A stretch of 51,724 nt of DNA from Octopus bimaculoides (Eukaryota), in NCBI RefSeq assembly GCF_001194135.2, contig NC_069005.1, positions 12,137,496-12,189,219 of the forward strand, given 5' to 3'. The notes under the pieces were generated by a model. That model saw only the letters and a list, made by a program, of their open reading frames with translations, had not been told where the DNA came from and did not search any database. The translations under genes and the position numbers were made by a program. Below are positions 11,905-22,370 of the stretch, in pieces. The stretch's first letter is position 1, and every line of letters begins with the position of its first letter.

Positions 11905-11990
11905 GCATGGATGGATGCATGGATGGATGCATGGATGGATGCATGGATGGATGCATGGATGGATGCATGGATGGATGGATGGATGGATGG
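11905..11990. repeat. 12-bp higher-order repeat (GCATGGATGGAT)x6 grading into (GGAT)n
   Basis: Six exact units at 11905-11976. Confidence 0.95.
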
Positions 11991-12794
11991 ACCGATGGAT
12001 CGATCTATGTAAGTATGCTATGAGTATGACATTAATCTGCATGCGGTAGAGAGGCTCCAGTTCAGGAGTTTGGGATTTGTGGGTAACAAGTAATCACCTC
12101 TTTACAATCATTACTCCCAGGTCTGTTCTGACACGGAATGGTAGTACCAGTCAGGAGCCCACCTATGGGTTACATACCTTTCCCAGGAGTAGAGGAGGCT
12201 CCCGTTACTTTCGACAAAGTCCTAGGGACGACAACTCTTCTTGGAAAGAGATACACTGACATAAACCTTGCAGTCGAAATTAGTACGATGCATCTTGCAA
12301 CACATCAGTAGAACGTACTATGGCTGAGAGATAGAGAGGCCAGCGTATTGTACAGGCTTTTGTCACTTAAAACATATGACGTACAGATATGTCACAATCA
12401 TTTCACTTCTTGATCTGTTTTGTTTTTTGTCTGTTTTGAATCCTGTGGTGGTGGATGCTGACGACTGAAAAGACATATCTGCACTCATGCAGGGAAAAAA
12501 GTCTGGACAATCAAGCTGAATGTAAATCGGCTGTCATTTGACACTCATGAAGCAATCGTGTATGTATGTATTTATGAATGGATGCATGTATGCATGCATG
12601 TATGTGTGTATGCGTGTGTGATTATGTGTCTATGTATGTATGCGTGTGTGTTTATGTGTCTATGTATGTGTGTGTATATATATATATATATGTAAGTGTA
12701 TTTATGTGTCTATGTATGTATGTTTGTGTCTGTGTGTATGTGTGCATATATGTATGTATGCATGTGTTTGTGCATATTTATGCATGTATGGATG

Positions 12795-12843
<49 letters not shown>

Positions 12844-13589
12844 GTGTATGTATGTATATATGTATGTATGAAGTGTGTTATTGTTCAGTTTTAAGTTTAA
12901 GTGGTCTAACTCGGTCACAAATTGACTTCCACTATGTATGTATGAATGAATGCTTGCATGCATGTATGTATATATGTATGCATGTACCTGTATATGTGTG
13001 TATATATGTTTGTATGCTTGTGTGTGTAGGTATGTTTGTATGTTTGTGTGTGTCTCTCTATATGTCTGTATGTATGTATGTGTATGTGTACGTATGTATA
13101 TTTTGAGATTTAATCAAGTTTTTAATGGAGTCCAAGCTGCTTCCCTAAAAAAGCAATAAGATTTTCAGTGTAGACATTTCCTTGGGTTTATAGATATGTG
13201 ATTAGGTCATTTAGTGCATAGATGTTGCAGTACGCTCCTATACTTATTATGACCTGTATGAACATGTCTCAGTAAACTTTGATGTTTGTGTGTGTATGTG
13301 TGTGTGATTGCGAATCATTACTTTATACCTATTTGTCCTTATTGTTGCACGCAACCAACTGTATGCATTTATTCATTTTATGATGGTCAGATGAAGGATC
13401 TTTCTATGTATGAATACAAACATTCTGCTTCCAATAAGAGTTATAACGGCTCAGGGAATTTACAGTCAATGTTATATTCTCATTTTTAGGAAAATAAAAC
13501 CTTTTGTACCCTCTCCCCGAAAAATATCGTGTCATTGGTTTTAAATCATTTCTCTGGGATAAAGAACCCCATTTCACACTCACGCCGTT

Positions 13590-13978
13590 TCGGTTTCAGT
13601 CCCACTGCACGGCACTTTGAGTAAGTGTGTTCTACTATAGCTCCGGGTTGAAGTATGCCTTGTGAGGAAATTTCGAGGCGGAAATTCGGAAGAAAGATGT
13701 CTTTGGATACATTTACGTATCTATGCATACATAAATGTATCCAAATTATAAATAGATAGATATTTTGCTCTTGATGCGCACAAAATCTATTTATATACTT
13801 GCTTCAGTCGGTGATACATGTGCTTGGAGAGAGATTTTACTGTTATTTCTTGTAGGTCGTGTGATCACGTAAATGCCCCCAAAATATTGATGCGAAAAAC
13901 CCTTTTGGACAGAAAAAGTGCATGTGTGCGTATTTGTGTGTGTGTGTGTGCGTGTATGTATGTATGAATGCATGTATG

Positions 13979-14016
<38 letters not shown>

Positions 14017-14088
14017 CATACTTAGATATATATAGGTATGTATATATATATATACACATATATATGCATACACACACATTTATGCATG

Positions 14089-14139
<51 letters not shown>

Positions 14140-14355
14140 GTGTGTGTGTGTATACATACACATTTGTATATGATATATGTGTTCATATTTGCGTGTAAAT
14201 TTATATTTGTTTGTGTGTGTGTCATTGTGCTTGTCTTTGATCTTGCACTGCTTGTCAATCAGTGTTGGTTTGTTTACACCCTTGTAATTCAGTGATTCGA
14301 CAAAAGAGTAACAAAATATAAGCACCAGACTTAAAAATGTAAGTATTGGGGTGTG
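13590..14355 (+). mobile_element. SINE group B fragments: head (about 13590-13705) and body (about 14212-14355) separated by unique sequence and a large TA/TG tract
   Basis: TTTCAGTCCCACTGCACGGCACTTTGAGTAAGTGTGTTCTACTATAGC...GCCTTGTGAG; later TTGTCAATCAGTGTTGGTTTGTTTACACCCTTGTAATTCAGTGATTCGACAAAAGAG. Confidence 0.6.
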
Positions 14356-14689
14356 CCTCATGTAAAAGCTAAATGGAAGATGCAAATATCAGTAAACTAA
14401 CTCCTTTTTTATCATACGTACCGCGTTAATGAATAATTAATCAGAAGGATTTACTCCCACCGTTTATGGAAACTGTTCGAGATAACACTAACGGTAAGCA
14501 TTTCGATAATCTATCATTCAGTACTTACACAACACGCACATACACGCATACACACACACAAACACACACGCATGCACATACACACACATACACACACACA
14601 AACATACACACACATAAAAACCCCAATATATATATGTACAAATTCCCTTCTCTCTTTCTATGTCTGTCTCTCCGTCCGTCTATCTGCCT

Positions 14690-14833
14690 GTCTCTCTATC
14701 TCTCTCTCTCTATGTCTGTTTGCTTGTCTCTCTATCTCTCTCCTTCTCGCTCCTCTGTCTGTCTCTCTTTCTCACTCTCTCTGTCACTCACTCTCTCTTC
14801 CTCTCTCTCCCTATCTCTCTCTCTCTCCCTATC

Positions 14834-14864
<31 letters not shown>

Positions 14865-15095
14865 CNNNNNNNNNNTCCTCTCTCTCTCTCTTCCTCTCTC
14901 TCCCTCTCTTCCTCTCTCTCTTCCTCTCTCTCTCCCTCTCTCTCTCTCTTCCTCTCTCTCTCTCTTCCTCTCTCTCCCTCTCTTCCTCTCTCTCTTCCTC
15001 TCTCTCTCCCTCTCTCTCTCTCTTCCTCTCTCTCCCTCTCTCTCTCTTCCTCTCTCTCTTCCTCTCTCTCTTTCCCTCTCCCTCTCTCTCCCATT
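14690..15095. repeat. Long (CT)-based polypyrimidine tract with 10-12 bp sub-periodicity
   Basis: CTCTCTCTTC / CTCTCTCTCC variants; purine-free from about 14876 to 15090. Confidence 0.95.
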
Positions 15096-15464
15096 CCCAC
15101 CATAGAGCTACCCCCTTTTTTTACTGAATCGCTGGCATTAGAGATTCAAGACAAGCACACCTTTTCCCTTTCATGAAAAGTCACTTGGAGCAGGTCACAT
15201 GACCAATATCAATCAAGCTATTCACATTTCTCAACGTTCTTGCATTCCATCAATTTCTTGATAACCTTCCAAAACCGCCCTAATTTTACTACTAAACTTC
15301 TCAAATTAAATGACGGTGCATTTCGTTGTTGAAGTTATCGTTCTTATTGATGTTGTACTTCTTGTTATTGCAGTTTATTAAACAAATTTAGATCATTTGT
15401 GATCATGTTGGAATTTCAACCTTAGCAATTATGTACTTTTAAAACTATAGAATTGTTGTCTTTT

Positions 15465-15625
15465 ATCTTTTACTTGTTTCAGTCATTCAATTGCGGCCAT
15501 GATGGAGCAACACCATGCAGGGCTTAGTCAAAGCAATGAATTTTATTACTTATTCTTAAGTTTTGTCCTTATTTTGTTCTTTTTTTTTTTTACTGAACTG
15601 CTAGTTTACATTGGTCTTGTAAACC
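15465..15625 (-). mobile_element. SINE group B, 3' fragment
   Basis: TTTTACTTGTTTCAGTCATTCAATTGCGGCCATGATGGAGCA tail signature. Confidence 0.7.
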
Positions 15626-16376
15626 CAAATTAAATACGACATATTTATAACTATATCTAAGGATTGCAAGTGAATAGAATATTTAGTAAAGGTTTCAAGA
15701 CTCCTATCTATCCAGTGTAACCTAATCATCTAATATATACGCACACANNNNNNNNNNNNNNNNNNNNNNNNNNNNNNNNNNNNNNNNNNNNNNNNNNNNN
15801 NNNNNNNNNNNNNNNNNNNNNNNNNNNNNNNNNNNNNNNNNNNNNNNNNNNNNNNNNNNNNNNNNNNNNNNNNNNNNNNNNNNNNNNNNNNNNNNNNNNN
15901 NNNNNNNNNNNNNNNNNNNNNNNNNNNNNNNNNNNNNNNNNNNNNNNNNNNNNNNNNNNNNNNNNNNNNNNNNNNNNNNNNNNNNNNNNNNNNNNNNNNN
16001 NNNNNNNNNNNNNNNNNNNNNNNNNNNNNNNNNNNNNNNNNNNNNNNNNNNNNNNNNNNNNNNNNNNNNNNNNNNNNNNNNNNNNNNNNNNNNNNNNNNN
16101 NNNNNNNNNNNNNNNNNNNNNNNNNNNNNNNNNNNNNNNNNNNNNNNNNNNNNNNNNNNNNNNNNNNNNNNNNNNNNNNNNNNNNNNNNNNNNNNNNNNN
16201 NNNNNNNNNNNNNNNNNNNNNNNNNNNNNNNNNNNNNNNNNNNNNNNNNNNNNNNNNNNNNNNNNNNNNNNNNNNNNNNNNNNNNNNNNNNNNNNNNNNN
16301 NNNNNNNNNNNNNNNNNNNNNNNNNNNNNNNNNNNNNNNNNNNNNNNNNNNNNCCTTATAGATAAAGTATATATAA

Positions 16377-16681
16377 AATATATAGTTTTAGTGAAAATAA
16401 CCAATTTTCAAGAACTCATCGATGAAATCACATATAGAAAAATTAATAATTAAAAGCACAATAAATGAGTATAATGGTTCAAAGATGATGACATAGCAAC
16501 CTTGTTGATTTTCCATGAAAATATTATATTATATTATATTATATTATATTATATTTATCTTATGATATTTACTTTACTTTATATTATACTCATTTATTGT
16601 GCTTTTAATTATTAATTTTTCTATATGTGATAGTGGATTTTCATCGATGAGTTCTTGAAAATTGGTTATTTTCACTAAAAC

Positions 16682-16689
<8 letters not shown>
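16377..16689. repeat. Fold-back element: 99/107-bp inverted arms, 107-bp spacer
   Basis: 16377-16475 is the reverse complement of 16583-16689, identical except for an 8-bp indel (TAGTGGAT). Confidence 0.9.
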
Positions 16690-16720
<31 letters not shown>

Positions 16721-16782
16721 CACACACAAACACATGCATACATACATAGACACACATATATGTATGTGTACCTATCTTATGC

Positions 16783-16990
16783 TATCTTTTACTTGTTTCA
16801 ATCATCAGACTGCAGCCATGATGGAGCACCGCCTGGAAATTTTTTTTGTCGAATGAATAGACTCCAGTACTTATTTTTACGTTTCGTACTTATTCCATTA
16901 GCCTCTTTTGCCAAACAACTATGTTACTGGGATGTAAGCACACTAAAACTGGTTGTTAAGTAATGGTGGGGAACAAACAGTAACTCAAAG

Positions 16991-17005
<15 letters not shown>
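16783..17005 (-). mobile_element. SINE group B, 3' half
   Basis: TTTTACTTGTTTCAATCATCAGACTGCAGCCATGATGGAGCACCGCC...CTCTTTTGCCAAAC...GGTTGTTAAG. Confidence 0.75.
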
Positions 17006-17031
<26 letters not shown>

Positions 17032-17043
17032 CATACATATATA

Positions 17044-17289
17044 TAAAGAATAAAAAGGTTTTGAATGGTATAACAATGCACTATAGTACAAAAAATGGAC
17101 TATATACCTGTTGTAATTTAGTTATCTATAGCCCGATGATATTTCGGAATGCAATTCTTTCTTCAGATATTCTTAGATGGAGTCGCTGCTATAATCTGTT
17201 TTAACAGCTAACTAAATTACAATAGGTATATAGTCCATTTTTTGTATTATAGTGCATTGTTACACCATTCAAAACCTTTTTATTCTTTA
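17044..17289. repeat. Fold-back element: 84-bp inverted arms (4 mismatches), 78-bp spacer with a hammerhead-like core
   Basis: 17044-17127 versus 17206-17289. The spacer minus strand reads CTGAAGA-AAGAATTGCATTCC-GAAA-TATC. Confidence 0.9.
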
Positions 17290-17303
17290 CAAANNNNNNN
17301 NNN

Positions 17304-17366
<63 letters not shown>

Positions 17367-18254
17367 TATATATACACACATATATATAATATATGTGTGT
17401 GTTTATGTATTTAATTCCATAACTTTCATCTTATTATTTGATGGTCTCTGTACTCTTCCCCCACCCCACTTTCAACCAGTATGTACCAAATACCCCTTAA
17501 ATTTCTGTGTCTCTCTATCCTACACCCTTGGTCATTTACCATTAGGAAGAGTATCTCATACTTGATTGGCTCGTATGCCTTTATTTCTATCGTTATTTAT
17601 TAATTTTTTCTTTCACACTTAGGTTTGATTTACTCACCTTCACTTTTTTCCCCTTTTCTTTAATTGCTTTATGACCCCCACCTTACTTACCACAAACTAC
17701 AGCTTACCGTAATAAATTTTCTCCTACAACCCATTCTAGTCTACTCAAGATCTAGTCTAGCAGACTCCTTCTCACCAGTGTCACTGACCTTAGATATTAA
17801 TTACACACATCCAGGAATTACATTCCCAACCTGCCAACATATTTGCTCGTTCTACCATTCATAGCTGGCTTCGACAGACATATTCCTGCTGTATACCTGG
17901 AAGTTCTTTTATTTGGTAAAATTACTTCTGATCTGATGATTACGGTCTTATAATGATGTAATGTTCTCATTCTTCTATTAAAAGTTACGTAAGAAACAGC
18001 AGTAATGAGCTGATAATTATTCATTTTTATTAGGTTTCTATTAATATCTACTACGGAATTATTCCCCGAGAAAGCAATAAATATAGAAGATTATTATTAG
18101 ATAATTTAAACAATATTTTTCTTTATATCAATTAATTTAAATAAATAGAAGAGTTGTTGTATTGAAGATGTAATTGTTTATATATTTTTTGTTGCAGTTA
18201 TACATAAAGGAAGACTTAGATACTTAATTATATACATATGTATACACACCTATC

Positions 18255-18520
18255 TATTGTTGTAAGTTGTGGTGACGAGGGACTATGATGGACATGAACG
18301 GGTTTCGATTGGTATGTGTTTGAGATGTAACGAAATGAATTTCGATGGCTGTGGATTACACTTATATCTTCCATTAGAGAGCTTTTGTTGTTTTCTTAAT
18401 TGTCATTGGTGTATGATTGAATAGTTAACGCTCACGGTGATAATACATAGACATGTGAATTAGTCTTTACAATCCAGGGGTCTTTTCACACGGAATTTCG
18501 TCTATCTTTAAACCATGATC
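18255..18520 (-). mobile_element. Possible decayed Penelope-like GIY-YIG endonuclease relic
   Basis: Minus frames give KFRVKRPLDCK / TNSHVYVLS / QLRK / NPQPSKFISLHLKHI, resembling Penelope F.IK..L.C...NVIY.I.C...YIGQT..LRKR...H. The catalytic YIG is not preserved. Comparison by eye only. Confidence 0.35.
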
Positions 18521-19175
18521 CTGAAGTGACTTATATATAAGGGAACGGTTATAGAGTATGTATATGAGAAAATGTATATAAGTCGAACCAATTTGTTGGT
18601 TTTTTAATGTTTTTTAAAATAAATGTCTATGTTTTATAATATTATGCTATATTATATTCATAGTATATCATGTAAAATAATATATATAAATTATTGGATT
18701 GTCAATAGTATCTCTCAAATTTATATATATTTATATATATANNNNNNNNNNNNNNNNNNNNNNNNNNNNNNNNNNNNNNNNNNNNNNNNNNNNNNNNNNN
18801 NNNNNNNNNNNNNNNNNNNNNNNNNNNNNNNNNNNNNNNNNNNNNNNNNNNNNNNNNNNNNNNNNNNNNNNNNNNNNNNNNNNNNNNNNNNNNNNNNNNN
18901 NNNNNNNNNNNNNNNNNNNNNNNNNNNNNNNNNNNNNNNNNNNNNNNNNNNNNNNNNNNNNNNNNNNNNNNNNNNNNNNNNNNNNNNNNNNNNNNNNNNN
19001 NNNNNNNNNNNNNNNNNNNNNNNNNNNNNNNNNNNNNNNNNNNNNNNNNNNNNNNNNNNNNNNNNNNNNNNNNNNNNNNNNNNNNNNNNNNNNNNNNNNN
19101 NNNNNNNNNNNNNNNNNNNNNNNNNNNNNNNNNNNNNNNNNNNNNNNNNNNNNNNNNNNNNNNNNNNNNNNNNAT

Positions 19176-19211
<36 letters not shown>

Positions 19212-19286
19212 TTATTTATGTATATATATTACGGAGATGTACTTGCATAGCAAGCGATCTGATCTGCGATCGTGTGCTGGAATGAA

Positions 19287-19521
19287 AACAATTGCAGCGT
19301 GGAAGGTGTTTATAAGCCATTTAAGAAACACACAAAAACCGTTAGATTCACTTCAACATTTAAATTTAATTTGCCAAAATATTTTCGTCCCTTTGAAACC
19401 GCCACCTGTTCACTGACAAAATTCCGTGTTTTGGCAAATTAAGTTTAAATGTTAAAGTGAATCTAACGGTTTTTGTGTGTTTCTTAAATGGCTTATAAAC
19501 CCCTTCCACACTGCAATTGTT
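19287..19521. repeat. Fold-back element: 93-bp inverted arms (4 mismatches), 49-bp spacer
   Basis: 19287-19379 versus 19429-19521. The left arm continues upstream (to about 19232) without a partner; the right arm ends in (TA)n. Confidence 0.9.
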
Positions 19522-19559
19522 CATATATATATAGTTCTATATTTAATGGATGAGGAATT

Positions 19560-19696
19560 ATGTACATTATTTACATTTGACGGATATTTATCCTAATATT
19601 GTTTGTTGTTAACACAACATTTCGGCCTAAACGTTGTATTAACAACAAACAAGATAAGGACAAATATCCGTCAAATCTAATGTAAATAATGTACAT
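19560..19696. repeat. Spacer-less palindrome: 66/71-bp arms
   Basis: Axis TTTCGG|CCTAAA at 19625/19626; 6 mismatches plus a 5-bp indel; followed by (TA)n. Confidence 0.9.
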
Positions 19697-19721
19697 ATAT
19701 ATATATATATATGTATATATA

Positions 19722-19905
19722 CCAGGTGTGTTCAAAAGGTAGCCGACTTTCTTTTTCACAGCGAAACTATTGCTGCGTGGCAAAACTCTTCGGGTGAGAG
19801 GTGACGCCATCTTTCCTGCGTATGGCTTAGAATTTTCGCGGTAGGCCACATCAGATGGTGGCTGTTACGTCTATAGAGTTGACGTCTAGTGCGCGTTCGT
19901 GAGAT
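19722..19905 (+). mobile_element. Mariner-like transposon left end (TIR plus 5' untranslated region), truncated
   Basis: TA followed by CCAGGTGTGTTCAAAAGGTAGCCGACTTTCTTTTTC, and later CAGATGGTGGCTGTTACG...TAGTGCGCGTTCGTGAG, is typical of mariner left-end architecture. No right TIR or transposase seen. Confidence 0.5.
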
Positions 19906-19948
19906 TTTCCTTCACACGTATGTATTCTTCACACGTATATATTTTTGT

Positions 19949-20146
19949 AGTCTTTTACATGTTTCAGTCATTTGACTGCGGCCCTGCTGGAGCGCCGTCT
20001 TTAGTCGACCCCCAGTACTTTTTATTTGTAAGCTTAGTACTTATTCTATCGGTATAATTTGCCGAACCGCTAATTTACGGGGACGTAAACACGCCAGCAT
20101 CGGTTGTCAAATGATGTTGGGGGACAAACGCAGACACACACACACA
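19949..20146 (-). mobile_element. SINE group B, 3' half (runs into gap)
   Basis: TTTTACATGTTTCAGTCATTTGACTGCGGCCCTGCTGGAGCGCCG...TTGCCGAACCGCTAATTTACGGGGACGTAAACACGCCAGCATCGGTTGTCAA. Confidence 0.85.
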
Positions 20147-20902
20147 NNNNNNNNNNNNNNNNNNNNNNNNNNNNNNNNNNNNNNNNNNNNNNNNNNNNNN
20201 NNNNNNNNNNNNNNNNNNNNNNNNNNNNNNNNNNNNNNNNNNNNNNNNNNNNNNNNNNNNNNNNNNNNNNNNNNNNNNNNNNNNNNNNNNNNNNNNNNNN
20301 NNNNNNNNNNNNNNNNNNNNNNNNNNNNNNNNNNNNNNNNNNNNNNNNNNNNNNNNNNNNNNNNNNNNNNNNNNNNNNNNNNNNNNNNNNNNNNNNNNNN
20401 NNNNNNNNNNNNNNNNNNNNNNNNNNNNNNNNNNNNNNNNNNNNNNNNNNNNNNNNNNNNNNNNNNNNNNNNNNNNNNNNNNNNNNNNNNNNNNNNNNNN
20501 NNNNNNNNNNNNNNNNNNNNNNNNNNNNNNNNNNNNNNNNNNNNNNNNNNNNNNNNNNNNNNNNNNNNNNNNNNNNNNNNNNNNNNNNNNNNNNNNNNNN
20601 NNNNNNNNNNNNNNNNNNNNNNNNNNNNNNNNNNNNNNNNNNNNNNNNNNNNNNNNNNNNNNNNNNNNNNNNNNNNNNNNNNNNNNNNNNNNNNNNNNNN
20701 NNNNNNNNNNNNNNNNNNNNNNNNNNNNNNNNNNNNNNNNNNNNNNNNNNNNNNNNNNNNNNNNNNNNNNNNNNNNNNNNNNNNNNNNNNNNNNNNNNNN
20801 NNNNNNNNNNNNNNNNNNNNNNNNNNNNNNNNNNNNNNNNNNNNNNNNNAGTGTATATATATATAGATGTATATGTATATACACATGCATATATATATAT
20901 AT

Positions 20903-21016
20903 ATATATTATTTTGTTTAAAAGAGTTCGAACACTGTCTGTTTTTTATGTTTTATTTATATTCCTGCAGAACAAAAAACAGACAGTGTTTGAACTCTTTT
21001 AAACAAAATAATATAT
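20903..21016. repeat. Fold-back element: 44-bp inverted arms (1 mismatch), 26-bp spacer
   Basis: 20903-20946 versus 20973-21016; preceded by (TA)n. Confidence 0.9.
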
Positions 21017-21073
21017 TTCTCTATACACAATCATACAAAAAACCCCACCTTTTTTGTATTTATGTTTACTCGC

Positions 21074-21120
<47 letters not shown>

Positions 21121-21134
21121 CATACATACATACA

Positions 21135-21167
<33 letters not shown>

Positions 21168-21578
21168 GCGTGAGCCGCTGTGTGTGTATACACACATATT
21201 CACATGCATTAGTATCGGTTTGCTTTCAGGAGCAAGCAGATACCTCAGCATGCGTGTTTGTGGAGCTTCAAGTTCAAAGAGATCCATGTACACATTTTGC
21301 AAGATATATTATCGAACTGGGTGTAATTCTCCACCTCATCCTATATTCCCCATAATATATTAGTATCCATATATCTGTAAGCAGCGTGGATAAACTCAAC
21401 TTGTGTGTCATTGTATATCATTTGTAAAACCTACTGTCACGGTTTATTCCATGTTTCTATGCTGGAAGCCAAATATCTTATTTGCAGATTAATATCAATA
21501 TATTGTTATTAGAGATTGCATTAGCTTCTTCGTAAGGGTGCCGCATATGATATGTAAAGGTGTGTGTATATCTATCTG

Positions 21579-21625
<47 letters not shown>

Positions 21626-21673
21626 GTCTGTTTGTCTGTCTGTCTGTCTGCCTGTCTGTCTATNNNNNNNNNN

Positions 21674-21719
<46 letters not shown>

Positions 21720-21977
21720 CTATATATATAGATATATATAATATGCAAGATTTATTAGTGCGAGACATTCTTTCCGTGTTCTGCATGGTTGTAACCTTCT
21801 TGGTCTTTCAATTTTTCTCAAATGATAAATGAACCGATTAAGTAAACCTGTCAATAATGAACCTCTGATGGGAACTGGAAACAGCTGTAAGTCAAATATA
21901 CTACAACAAAGAAAGATCTGTGTAATGACCATTATTTATATGCTTTGTCTTGCATATCACTCTATAATGTATGTATA

Positions 21978-22357
21978 GGCGATAGAGTGGCTGTGCGGTA
22001 AGAGACATGTTTCCCAATCGCATGGTTCCGGGTTCGGACCCACACCGTGTGGCCTTGGGCAGGTGTCTTCTGCTATACCCTCGGGCCGACCAAAGCCTTG
22101 TGAATAGATTTAGTAGACGGAAACTGGAGGAAGCCCGTCGTATATATATGTGTGTGTGCATGTGTTTGTTTCTGTGCTTGTTCCCCTGTCATCGCTTGAC
22201 AAGTGGTGTATTTATATTATCGTAACATAACGGTTCGGCGAAAGTGACCGATCAAATAAGTACTAAGCTTACAAAAAATAAGCCGTCTTCGACTACCACT
22301 CTTTAGAGCGGTGCTCCAGCATGACCACAATCAAATGACTGAAACAAGTAAAGAAAA
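21978..22357 (+). mobile_element. SINE group B, full length
   Basis: Head GAGTGGCTGTGCGGTAAG...CATGGTTCCGGGTTCGGACCC, internal TA/TG tract, tail GGTGCTCCAGCATGACCACAATCAAATGACTGAAACAAGTAAAG. Confidence 0.9.
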
Positions 22358-22370
22358 TATATACTTGTAC

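Noticed and set aside
12040-12170. Segment that looks like a familiar octopus dispersed repeat
   Set aside because: No second copy or structural hallmark in the window, so it cannot be supported from this sequence alone.
15193-15207. GGTCACATGACCAAT (E-box/M-box plus CCAAT)
   Set aside because: A short motif with no associated transcript or gene evidence; expected by chance in 50 kb.
21215-21355. Possible exon after TTTGCTTTCAG
   Set aside because: No recognisable peptide in any frame and no convincing donor.
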